The notes below the pieces were generated by a model. It saw only the letters and a program-made list of their open reading frames with translations. It did not search any database and was not told the origin of the DNA. A DNA stretch of 63,749 nt, the filler included, from Octopus bimaculoides (taxonomy: Eukaryota): NCBI RefSeq assembly GCF_001194135.2. It is 6 parts of 6 records of this genome, joined end to end, with 100 filler letters (N's around TTAATTAATTAA, not from the genome) between each part and the next. Parts side by side here need not be neighbours in the genome. Positions count along the whole stretch, not along the records: positions 1 to 9,418 come from NC_068989.1; positions 9,519 to 28,930 come from NC_068985.1; 4 more parts are not named here. One strand, 5' to 3'. A program made the translations under genes and the position numbers. Each line of letters starts with the position of its first letter. Positions within the stretch are counted from its first letter, which is position 1. Below are positions 1 to 10,677 of this stretch, piece after piece.

Positions 1-37
<37 letters not shown>

Positions 38-770
38 GCTTGAACGTGTTTGTGTGCGTGTCATTTATCCTGTCTGTGTGTCTGCCTGCCTGCCTATCCT
101 TTCCGTAATAACGCAGTAATTTAGCAGTGAATCGCAGTATTTACATTATCGATATATTCTAATAACACATAACGTCTGTCTATCATTCTCTTTCTGCTTC
201 CTTCTCTTCCTATTCTATTTATTGATTTGTATGTCTATATAGCTATCAATCCATTTATCCAACCACCTATCTATCTGTTTCAGTGATGACACATTCAGCA
301 GTTATTTCGGGTGGACATATAATAGGAAAACGTTGGGAAAATTTCTATCGTGTGCACGACCCTAGAAACTTCTTCATTCTTATGTTCTGTGTAGCGTGAA
401 GACATTCATGTGAAACAGGATACATATCACATATTAAATACGATTTCAGTCATCATTTTTATTGTATATATTAGTTGGAGATGTTTCCGACAAATCATAC
501 TTGATTATAAACATTAAATAAGAAGTGATTCCTGTTTCTTATTCTAATCGTATTAAGTTGTTCTCTTGGATCATATTGTATCTCTTGTCAATGAGCCGAT
601 CTTTTCAGCACCCTCAATACATTTAACTATTTGATACACGCACGCACGCACGCACGCACGCACACATACACACAAATACACACAAATACACCCCCCACCC
701 ACACACACACTCACACACACACACACACGCACACACACAAACACCCCCACACAACCCCACACACACATAA

Positions 771-1002
771 GGCGGCGAGCTGGCAGAAACGTTAGCACAC
801 TGGGTGAAATGCTTAGCAGTATTTCGTCTGCCCGCTACGTTCTGAGTTCAAATTCCGCCGAAGTCGACTTTGCCTTTCATCCTTTCGGGGTCGATTAAAT
901 AAGTACCAGTGATGCACTGGGGTCGATATAATCGACTTAATGCGTTTGTCTGTCCTTGTTTGTCCCCTCTGTGTGTAGCCCCTTGTGGGCAATAAAGAAA
1001 TA
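771..1002 (+). mobile_element. tRNA-derived SINE, family A (tail type 2), full length
   Basis: Head GGCGGCGAGCTGGCAGAAACG (A-box-like), GAGTTCAAATTCC (B-box-like), core GTCGACTTTGCCTTTCATCCTTTCGGGGTCGAT..AAGTACCAG, tail GTTTGTCCCCTC..AGCCCCTTGTGGGCAATAAAGAAAT; more than 25 related copies or fragments in the window. Confidence 0.9.
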
Positions 1003-1084
1003 ACACACACATGTGTATATGCATGTACACGCATTTATATACATACATACAAGCACATATACATATGTGTGTGTGTACACGCTC

Positions 1085-1410
1085 TTTACTATTTACTCTT
1101 TTACTTGTTTCAGTCATTTGACTGCGGCCATGCTGGAGCACCGCCTTTTAGTCGAGCAAATCGACCACAGGACTTATTCTTTGTAAGCCTAATACTTATT
1201 CTACCGGTCTATTTTGCTGAACCGCTAAGTTACGTTGACGTAAAAACACCAGCATCGGTTGTCAAGCGATGTTGTGGAGGGGGGGGGGCAAAGACACACA
1301 AACACACACGCATATATATATACATATACATATATACGATGGGATTCTTTCAGTTTCTGTCTACCAAATCTACTCACAAGGCTTTGGTCGGCCCGAGGCT
1401 ATAGTAGAAA
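1085..1410 (-). mobile_element. tRNA-derived SINE, family B, head lost in gap
   Basis: TTTTACTTGTTTCAGTCATTTGACTGCGGCCATGCTGGAGCACCGCC...CATCGGTTGTCAAGCGATG-(AC/AT)n-CAAGGCTTTGGTCGGCCCGAGGCTATAGTAGAA; shared with copies at 44.8, 45.6, 50.0, 54.8, 59.2 and 60.8 kb. Confidence 0.88.
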
Positions 1411-1860
1411 NNNNNNNNNNNNNNNNNNNNNNNNNNNNNNNNNNNNNNNNNNNNNNNNNNNNNNNNNNNNNNNNNNNNNNNNNNNNNNNNNNNNNNNNNN
1501 NNNNNNNNNNNNNNNNNNNNNNNNNNNNNNNNNNNNNNNNNNNNNNNNNNNNNNNNNNNNNNNNNNNNNNNNNNNNNNNNNNNNNNNNNNNNNNNNNNNN
1601 NNNNNNNNNNNNNNNNNNNNNNNNNNNNNNNNNNNNNNNNNNNNNNNNNNNNNNNNNNNNNNNNNNNNNNNNNNNNNNNNNNNNNNNNNNNNNNNNNNNN
1701 NNNNNNNNNNNNNNNNNNNNNNNNNNNNNNNNNNNNNNNNNNNNNNNNNNNNNNNNNNNNNNNNNNNNNNNNNNNNNNNNNNNNNNNNNNNNNNNNNNNN
1801 NNNNNNNNNNNNNNNNNNNNNNNNNTATATATATATATATATATGCATATATATATATAT

Positions 1861-1894
<34 letters not shown>

Positions 1895-2295
1895 GTAGTT
1901 TCATATATAGATAGATACATATGTACATCCATACATATATACATACAGAAGTACGTACAAATAGATGTACATGCATGCATACATATGTGTCTGTGTGTTT
2001 TATGTATGTATGTGTAATGGAAACCAACAAAGAGAATGGCCTTCATTAATTAATCGTATTAATTAATGAATAAATGATGCTAGATCCTCTGTCGATTGCG
2101 CTGACTTGCATTCAATTATGAAATTAACTGAAACACAGAGTAGCTAATAATATGTAAGTGGGTGAATATTCCACAGACAAATTCACCTGTGACCCAGTTC
2201 TTAGATGGAATCAATTTGATTCCATATAAGATAAAAAAACTAGACATTTCTATATTTCTCCAGACCATTTATTGATAAAGAAATACAATAATAAT

Positions 2296-2726
2296 GGTTC
2301 CAAATTTTTCCACAAGGGCTACAGTTTTGGGAGAAGGGATGAGTCGATTACATCGACCCCAGTGTTCAACTGGTACGTATTTTATCGCACCCGAAAGGAT
2401 GAAAGGCGAAGTCGATCTCGGCGGAATTTGAACCCAGAACAGAGCGACGGGCGAAGTACCGCTAAGCATTTTGTCCAGCGTGTTAACAATTCTGTCAGCT
2501 TGCCGTCTTCAGAAATACAATAATCCTTTCTATTATAGGTACAAGGCCTGAAATTTTGGGGGAGTGGCGCCAGTCGATTACGTCTACCCCAGTACTTAAT
2601 TTATCGACCTCGAAAGGATGAAAGGCAAAATCGACCTCGGCGGAATTTGAGCTCAGAACGTAACGGCAGACAAAATACCGTCAAGCATTTCGTCCAGCGT
2701 TCTAACGAATCTGTCACCTCACCGCC
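2296..2726 (-). mobile_element. two tandem family A SINEs (2296-2507, 2522-2726)
   Basis: Two copies of the reverse-complement core CCCGAAAGGATGAAAGGC.AAGTCGA.CTCGGCGGAATTTGA, each with head and tail. Confidence 0.88.
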
Positions 2727-2743
2727 TTATATGATAATAATAA

Positions 2744-2884
2744 CAGTAATGAAAGGTCAAACAACTGACAAGTAAATCTGTGGTATTGAGCAGAATATTT
2801 GCCTTGGTGTAAAAGATGGGCTACAGCAAATATTCTGATCAATACCACAGATTTGCTTGTCAGTTGTTTGACCTTTCATTACTG
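2744..2884. repeat. 141-bp near-perfect fold-back inverted repeat (59-bp arms, 23-nt loop)
   Basis: 2744-2802 CAGTAATGAAAGGTCAAACAACTGACAAGTAAATCTGTGGTATTGAGCAGAATATTTGC is the reverse complement of 2826-2884 with 2 mismatches. Confidence 0.95.
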
Positions 2885-3330
2885 AAAGAGGCCGACAAAG
2901 TGAATTTAGGTGATCACCTCCTAGACCAAAGTTTCGAAGGAGCAGCTATCACCTGTCGCCTTCTAGAGAGGGATATGATTTGGAGACTGGATACAAATAA
3001 GATGTTCGCGAAAAAGTATGGAAAAAAGTAAAACGAATGAGGTTAAAGGCAAGTAGAGTGATAGAAGTTCCCTAAAAAAGGTGCCTATGTCTAATGTGAG
3101 CCTGAACTTTACGTCTGTTTGATTTAGTCGCGAGATTCTATGCCTCTGCAGTACAGCCTGGAAGAGGTGGAAACATTCAGTGTTGATTGAGAAGAAGCTA
3201 GCAAACTGCCGATGATAATCAACCCAAAACATTATCACAAGCTAAACTGATATGTAAAGGATGCGGACGTCGTTGGGACTTTGTCCAGCGTAGATTTACT
3301 CACAGGGAAACTTGGAAGGGCTTAGCTTGT
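2885..3330 (+). mobile_element. degraded 3' end of an RTE-clade LINE ORF2 (post-RT region and terminal zinc finger)
   Basis: Frameshifted translation DKVN..SFEGAAITCRLL..WRLDTNKM..KYG / VKGK*SDRSSLKK..NV.LN / AWKR / CKGCGR..LSSVDLL resembles the RTE pattern DKVxN..SIEA..RRL.W.GHV.RMD.NR.PK.L.YGEL..GKR..G.PKKR...WR...CxxCGRxCxSRxGL. Confidence 0.6.
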
Positions 3331-4755
3331 AGGAGGTGATCAGAGCAAAAGTTGGTTGAATTGGTGTTAATAAATATGTACTAAGTAAGTACTGATATCA
3401 CTATAGTATAGTATCACTACAGTATGCTTGATCCGACCAGTAAATTTATGGATCGGACCTACTTTAATTACTTCAAATTTTCTCACGATACATTAAGCCA
3501 ATCTACTACTATATTTCAATACCTGAGACCAGTAATGTGAACAGGTATCTTTTTGGTATCATATATTTTTTTCTCTTTCTCTGCTTCTCAATTCCTTTTT
3601 GAATTTTATTTCTTCTCTGTGATAAAGGCAGCTAGCCGAATCCTCAGATTCCCTTCTGTTTCTTCATTTGGTGTATTAAGTTTCATTGGGCACTTCTTTG
3701 TTTGTAGCTTTTTTGCTTTATATTTATATGATTTTCAGACACTTGATTTCGTTTGTCTGACTGCGTGCTAGTTTTTGCTTGTTTGTTTCCTCTGCGTCTC
3801 AAATTGCATTCGAGCTATTTGCGTGAATTTTACCTACACACACACGCACGCACACACACATACACACACATACATTCAGACAGACACATGATATATGTGT
3901 GCGAATGAATAAATATGTTCATACTGGTGTATGAGCAAGAGATTTATCCGCATATATTATATACATTTACATGAGAGTACATCGATTTTTTTTTACCCTT
4001 TAATAATTCAATATTCGAAAGTACATCCTACGGATTAATACCAAACTCATGCACTTACACATTAGCAATATTATACCAGATAGTCTTTCAGTCATTATTA
4101 ATATTATTCTAATTTTTATGTTTCTATATTTTTCTCCTGACAGAATTTCATTTCATCAGTCTCTCAAAGACGAGATTGCAAGGCTGTGATTACTAAAATC
4201 AAAGGAATTCCACTGGGATTCACAATAGCGTATCGAATTCAGACGAATATCTTAGATCAACAACCAGTTGGTTTTATAGATTTCTTTCCATACTTGTCTG
4301 GCTATTGCTCTACGGAATCTCTTCCTGCAGAGCTTTACTGTACTTCTCTGTTTGCCTATATCATTATCTATATAAATATATATATATATATATATACAAC
4401 TCCGTGTCTGAGTAATTCTAAATGCTAATGAAGAGTTGTGGTATGCTTTGGTGTTGAGTGGAGTGGATTTATGAGGAACGAAGTTACGAGCTCCATGTTA
4501 TCTACTTTTTATTCTTGCATATTTTGTGTTCAAATCCCTTTGGCGAATGATGTTTTTCTTTTTTATTTTTATTGCACACCATCAACAGGAGATAAATAAG
4601 GGAAATCTTTCTGCTTCATTTATCACCTATCACTGGGCCTGCTAGAAATAGAAGCCAAATGTTCCTTGTACCGCACATTAACGTCTTAATAAAAGATAAT
4701 GTGTTAACTCTGTTGATGGTTACATGTACATGTTTCACTTTAACATTCATATATA

Positions 4756-5499
4756 CAGGGGTTGGACAAAATAATGGAAACACCTAGCATCATAGTATCA
4801 TGATTTTGAAATATCTATAAAACCGTCAAGAGCTTGTTTATTTTTATGTTTTTTTTTACTTATTATTAGTGTTGCCTAATATGTTTTGCTAAAATTGTTG
4901 TTTCTTTTCAGATATCATTAGAAAAAGGTAATTAAAATTCATTAAAATGATAGATCTATCAGACTGTCAAAGAGCCCAAATTGTTGGTGCTCGTATGGCA
5001 GGCACTAGCGTAACGAAAACAGCCGAAATGTTTGGTGTATCAAGAAGGACTGTCTCGAAAGTAATGACAGCTTTTGAGAAAGAGTGTAGAACCTCCTCGT
5101 CGAAACAAAACTCCAGAAGAAAGCCAAAACTGTCTGACTCTTACGCGAATTGTTAGAATGGATCACAAAATTGCAGCTCCCAAAATTACTGCAGAGCTTA
5201 ATGGCCACCTCGAGAACCCACTTTCCACAAAAACCTTTCTTCGTGAGCTGCACAAACCGGATTTCATAGGAGGGCTGCCATCAGAAAACCACTACCTTCA
5301 ATAACAAACATTGCAAAGCATTTGGAGTGGAGTAAAAACCTACAGAATTGGTCCTTAGAACATCCTGAAAGATTGGGTTTCCCTCAAGAAACAGTTCCGC
5401 AAACAGAGGATGAATTGGATCGGATGAAATGCTTAAATAGTCTTGACTATTAATTCTGCCATGAAGGAAGACCATTGGGCCGGTGGATTTCCAAGACAA
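4756..5499 (+). mobile_element. Tc1-like transposon relic: left TIR, transposase N-terminus, and an inverted DDE-domain fragment
   Basis: TA followed by CAGGGGTTGGACAAAATAATGGAAACACC (TIR-like). ORF 4947-5156 MIDLSDCQRAQIVGARMAGTSVTKTAEMFGVSRRTVSKVM is a paired-like HTH; frameshifted continuation KITAELNGHLENPLSTKT. The minus strand at 5499-5361 gives SWKSTGPMVFLHGRINSQDYLSI..IHP..ELF.EGNPIFQD. Confidence 0.9.
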
Positions 5500-5644
5500 C
5501 CGTCTTTAGTCGAACTTATTCTATCGGTCACTTTTGCTGAAGCTCTAAGTTACGAGAAAGGAAAAAAAAACAGCATTGGTTGTCAAGCGACGGTGGGGCG
5601 ACAAACGCAGGCACACTCACACACACACACACACACACACACAC
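5500..5644 (-). mobile_element. family B SINE fragment
   Basis: TTTAGTCGAAC-TTATTCTATCGGTCACTTTTGCTGAAGCTCTAAGTTACG..CATTGGTTGTCAAGCGACGGTGGGGCGACAAAC followed by (CA)n. Confidence 0.8.
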
Positions 5645-6738
5645 NNNNNNNNNNNNNNNNNNNNNNNNNNNNNNNNNNNNNNNNNNNNNNNNNNNNNNNN
5701 NNNNNNNNNNNNNNNNNNNNNNNNNNNNNNNNNNNNNNNNNNNNNNNNNNNNNNNNNNNNNNNNNNNNNNNNNNNNNNNNNNNNNNNNNNNNNNNNNNNN
5801 NNNNNNNNNNNNNNNNNNNNNNNNNNNNNNNNNNNNNNNNNNNNNNNNNNNNNNNNNNNNNNNNNNNNNNNNNNNNNNNNNNNNNNNNNNNNNNNNNNNN
5901 NNNNNNNNNNNNNNNNNNNNNNNNNNNNNNNNNNNNNNNNNNNNNNNNNNNNNNNNNNNNNNNNNNNNNNNNNNNNNNNNNNNNNNNNNNNNNNNNNNNN
6001 NNNNNNNNNNNNNNNNNNNNNNNNNNNNNNNNNNNNNNNNNNNNNNNNNNNNNNNNNNNNNNNNNNNNNNNNNNNNNNNNNNNNNNNNNNNNNNNNNNNN
6101 NNNNNNNNNNNNNNNNNNNNNNNNNNNNNNNNNNNNNNNNNNNNNNNNNNNNNNNNNNNNNNNNNNNNNNNNNNNNNNNNNNNNNNNNNNNNNNNNNNNN
6201 NNNNNNNNNNNNNNNNNNNNNNNNNNNNNNNNNNNNNNNNNNNNNNNNNNNNNNNNNNNNNNNNNNNNNNNNNNNNNNNNNNNNNNNNNNNNNNNNNNNN
6301 NNNNNNNNNNNNNNNNNNNNNNNNNNNNNNNNNNNNNNNNNNNNNNNNNNNNNNNNNNNNNNNNNNNNNNNNNNNNNNNNNNNNNNNNNNNNNNNNNNNN
6401 NNNNNNNNNNNNNNNNNNNNNNNNNNNNNNNNNNNNNNNNNNNNNNNNNNNNNNNNNNNNNNNNNNNNNNNNNNNNNNNNNNNNNNNNNNNNNNNNNNNN
6501 NNNNNNNNNNNNNNNNNNNNNNNNNNNNNNNNNNNNNNNNNNNNNNNNNNNNNNNNNNNNNNNNNNNNNNNNNNNNNNNNNNNNNNNNNNNATATATATA
6601 TATTACAAATTAAAAGGGTAAAGATTTATCAATTTATTAATTTATTAATAAATCAACAATTAATATTTTTTATGGTGAAGCAAATGCTTGCTGATCCCTT
6701 AATTATGTATATACATATATATATATATATATATATGT

Positions 6739-6769
<31 letters not shown>

Positions 6770-7489
6770 CATATATATATTGATATATTGATATATAGGT
6801 TACAACAATGTCTTAGTCGTCTCAAACGTCTTGTGCTTTATACTTTTTATTATATTTCTTTTTTCCTTTCATAGTCCCCGAACTATGAAAACTTAAATAC
6901 CCATCCCTTCGGGGGATGATACAAAGATAATTCTCATGAAGAAATCCGTTTTTATCGATATAATCCATCGTCTATATTACAAATCTTATCCCCACCTCCT
7001 TTACATTGTGACTTCATTTCAGCCGATTTCCTCTTCGTCTGTTCTTTTGTAATTTCTTTTTCTTTTTTTTTTCATTATTTCATCTATCTCTGGCTTCCGG
7101 TGTCAATAAAATAAATACCAGTTATGTACTGAGGTCAATAAATACGTAACCTTATGCTTGTCTTACAAGTCATTATATGCAATTAAAGAAATTTGATCAA
7201 GATAAACACAGCAAAAATAAATCTAAAAAATAGCAACACGGAAAAGACAAAAAAGACAACAAAAAACAAAAAGCGAACGCCGTTAATAACATTGAAAATG
7301 GCTGAATTATTAATTAAACGGAGCTGTAAGATGCAGAAGTATTAAAAAGAGTAACCATCTCTACCAGCTCAATAGCTGATTAAGCATCAGGCAAGTAATT
7401 AGCAGGCCTAGAGGAGATTTCTTATCTATTATTCTTTTCGTTGTCTAAGATCTTTTGATCATCTCTAAAAGTACATATTGCTTCTTGAA

Positions 7490-7772
7490 GTACCATCACT
7501 AATGCCAACATCGCCGCCGCTGCCTCCGCCGCTCTCGCCGCAACATCAGCTTCACCAAGACTGACACCAGCAGCACCAGCACCAGTTGCAGTACTAGCAC
7601 CACTACTACCACAACCGGCACCACCACCACCACCAACACCACCACCACCGCTTATCACGTTAACACCTTCGCTTCATCACCTACGAGACCAACAACAAAA
7701 ATTAAAGTCACACGTGAAATATTCCTTACAATTAACATCAGCGATTATCGTTACTACTACTACTACCATCAC
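7490..7772. repeat. cryptic trinucleotide low-complexity tract (GCC/CCA/ACC/ACT)
   Basis: Degenerate (GCC)n, (GCACCA)n, (ACC)n and (ACT)n running into a gap. Confidence 0.7.
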
Positions 7773-8420
7773 NNNNNNNNNNNNNNNNNNNNNNNNNNNN
7801 NNNNNNNNNNNNNNNNNNNNNNNNNNNNNNNNNNNNNNNNNNNNNNNNNNNNNNNNNNNNNNNNNNNNNNNNNNNNNNNNNNNNNNNNNNNNNNNNNNNN
7901 NNNNNNNNNNNNNNNNNNNNNNNNNNNNNNNNNNNNNNNNNNNNNNNNNNNNNNNNNNNNNNNNNNNNNNNNNNNNNNNNNNNNNNNNNNNNNNNNNNNN
8001 NNNNNNNNNNNNNNNNNNNNNNNNNNNNNNNNNNNNNNNNNNNNNNNNNNNNNNNNNNNNNNNNNNNNNNNNNNNNNNNNNNNNNNNNNNNNNNNNNNNN
8101 NNNNNNNNNNNNNNNNNNNNNNNNNNNNNNNNNNNNNNNNNNNNNNNNNNNNNNNNNNNNNNNNNNNNNNNNNNNNNNNNNNNNNNNNNNNNNNNNNNNN
8201 NNNNNNNNNNNNNNNNNNNNNNNNNNNNNNNNNNNNNNNNNNNNNNNNNNNNNNNNNNNNNNNNNNNNNNNNNNNNNNNNNNNNNNNNNNNNNNNNNNNN
8301 NNNNNNNNNNNNNNNNNNNNNNNNNNNNNNNNNNNNNNNNNNNNNNNNNNNGTAGCCAATTCTCTGTCTTAAATCAGTTCCTTCTGTGTTAAAATAATAA
8401 TCATAAAAACGGAATGGAAT

Positions 8421-9209
8421 TATTCTTTTGTACTCTAGGCACAAGGCTCAAATCTTTGGTGAGCGGACCAGTCGATTAAATCGACCCAAGTAGGCAACTG
8501 GTACTTAATTTATGGACTCCCGAAAGGATGAAAGGCAGAATCGACCTCGGTGGAATTTGAACTCAGAACATAAAGACAGACGAAATACCTCTTTCTTTAT
8601 TGCCCTCAAGGGGCTAAAATAGAAGGGACAAACAAGGACGGACAAAGGGATTAAGTCGATTATATCGACCCCAGTGCGTAACTGGCATTTAATTTATCGA
8701 TCCCGAAAGGATGAAAGGCAAAGTCGACCTCGGCGGAATTTGAACTGAGAACGTAACGGCAGACGAAATACCGCTAAGCGTTTCGCCCGGCCTGCTAACG
8801 ATTCTGCTAGCTAGTTCGCCGCCTTTAAATATTCTTTTTTAATCTAAGCACAAGGCCCGAAATTTCTGGAGAGGGGACCAGTCGAATAGATCGACTCCAG
8901 TACTCAACGGGAACTTATTTTATCGACCCCGAAAGGATGAAAGGCAAAGTCAACCTCGGCGGAATTTGAACTCAGAACGTAAAGGCAGACGAAATACTGC
9001 TAAGCCTTACGCCATGCATGCTCACGTTTCTTATTTCTTTACTCCCCAGAAGGGGTTACACACACAGGGGACAAACAAGGACAGATAAACGGATGAATTC
9101 GATTATATCGACCTCAGTGCGTAACTGGTACTTATTTAATCGACCCCGAAAGGATGAAAAGCAATGTCGACCACGGCGGAATTTGAACTCAGAACGTAGC
9201 GGCAGACGA
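8421..9209 (-). mobile_element. train of four co-oriented family A SINE units with alternating tail types
   Basis: Four CGAAAGGATGAAA.GCA cores at about 8521, 8704, 8930 and 9147; tails alternate between AGGCCTTGTGCCTAGAGT-type and GTTTGTCCC..AATAAAGAAA-type. Confidence 0.9.
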
Positions 9210-9418
9210 CAAAGAAATGAATTTGTCACGGACGGAATGCTGTGGGTTATAGGATTGCTCTGGCAGGTTGACCTGGGGTTAAATGACAACAATGACCATC
9301 AACGTTCTCGTATGATCTTCACCATCACCAAAATGACCACCACAACTATAACTGCAATGACGACGACAACGATGACGGCCATCACCAGTACTACCACCAC
9401 CACCACCACCACCACCAT

Positions 9419-9518
9419 NNNNNNNNNNNNNNNNNNNNNNNNNNNNNNNNNNNNNNNNNNNNTTAATTAATTAANNNNNNNNNNNNNNNNNNNNNNNNNN
9501 NNNNNNNNNNNNNNNNNN
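9419..9518. other. artificial 100-bp gap placeholder N44-TTAATTAATTAA-N44 (also 28931-29030, 46774-46873, 52301-52400, 62649-62748)
   Basis: The same 44N + 12 bp + 44N geometry occurs five times; the 12-mer is palindromic and contains a stop codon in all six frames. Confidence 0.95.
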
Positions 9519-9973
9519 TATATATATATGCATATGATCTCATCGCAGGAGATTTCGATTAGATCAAGCGATAGTAAAATAAAAATTAGAACTTGTAGGT
9601 ATGTGTTAAAATGTATTCTAAAGTCTACAACACACTCACACACACATATGTATAAATGTTTTATACTTTAGAAAACATTTTATCACATACGTAGTTGTAA
9701 TTTTCATTACACTATCCCCTGCGATGTGAGCACATCTTTTTTGAAAATTATTCATCTCCTTTACGTCTTCGTTGATTTCTTTCTCCGCCTGTTTTACATC
9801 CTCCTGCACAATCCACTTTAATACTATAATTTGTTGCTGAGGAAGGACTGGTCTCTGAAATTTTTCATACTTACGTCCCTCATATTTTTAGGCGTTAAAC
9901 TGATAGAATATTTCAAAAAAAGTTGTTATTGTCATAATATATATGTGTGTATATATGTATGTATGTATGTATG

Positions 9974-10005
<32 letters not shown>

Positions 10006-10633
10006 CATGTATGTATATGTGTGACTATGTATATGTATACATATTTGTAAATATGTATACATATATGTATGTGTGTGTATGTGTCTATAAATAAAGAGAG
10101 AAAGGAAGAGATAGACATGTTTCTGAAATACGTACATATCTATGAAAGTTTATTTATAATACTTAATGTTCTACAATTTTGTGCATCATTGATATTAAGT
10201 GTAGAATTTAGGCCAAGTATATGTACATTCAGGGGAAGAGTGCCAATAGTTTTATGTGTCAATGTCTGAAATTTCACAGAATTTGTTCTGACATTTATAC
10301 GTGAAGATTAACAGTATAATCGATATAAGGATTCATAGCACCGAATATATAATTGCATTTGAGCAAAATTTCGTTATCATTTAAAGAATGAAGTTAGGTA
10401 TATAGTTGTATTTAATATAGATACGCTTATAACTTATTTATGTCTATTCATTTTTGCTATGATTTGCAATGTAGTATTTAAAAAAGCAATAGTCTTTTAC
10501 TTCAATGATGATAAATATGTTGCGATACGAGTGAGGTTTATGTTTCCTTGTCTTACAAAAGATAAGATATGTATGTATATATCCACGTGTGAGAATGTGC
10601 TAGTGTATGTCTGTGTATGTATGTGTCTGGATA

Positions 10634-10677
<44 letters not shown>

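Noticed and set aside
7422-7658. Gly/Ala-rich minus-strand ORF (78 aa)
   Set aside because: It is the antisense reading of a degenerate trinucleotide tract, starts at a non-ATG codon and contains no domain.
9620-9878. Purine-rich minus-strand stretch open in two frames (..QEDVKQAEKEINEDVKEMNNF..)
   Set aside because: The acceptor is weak, there is no matching donor and no recognisable family, so it cannot be distinguished from chance.
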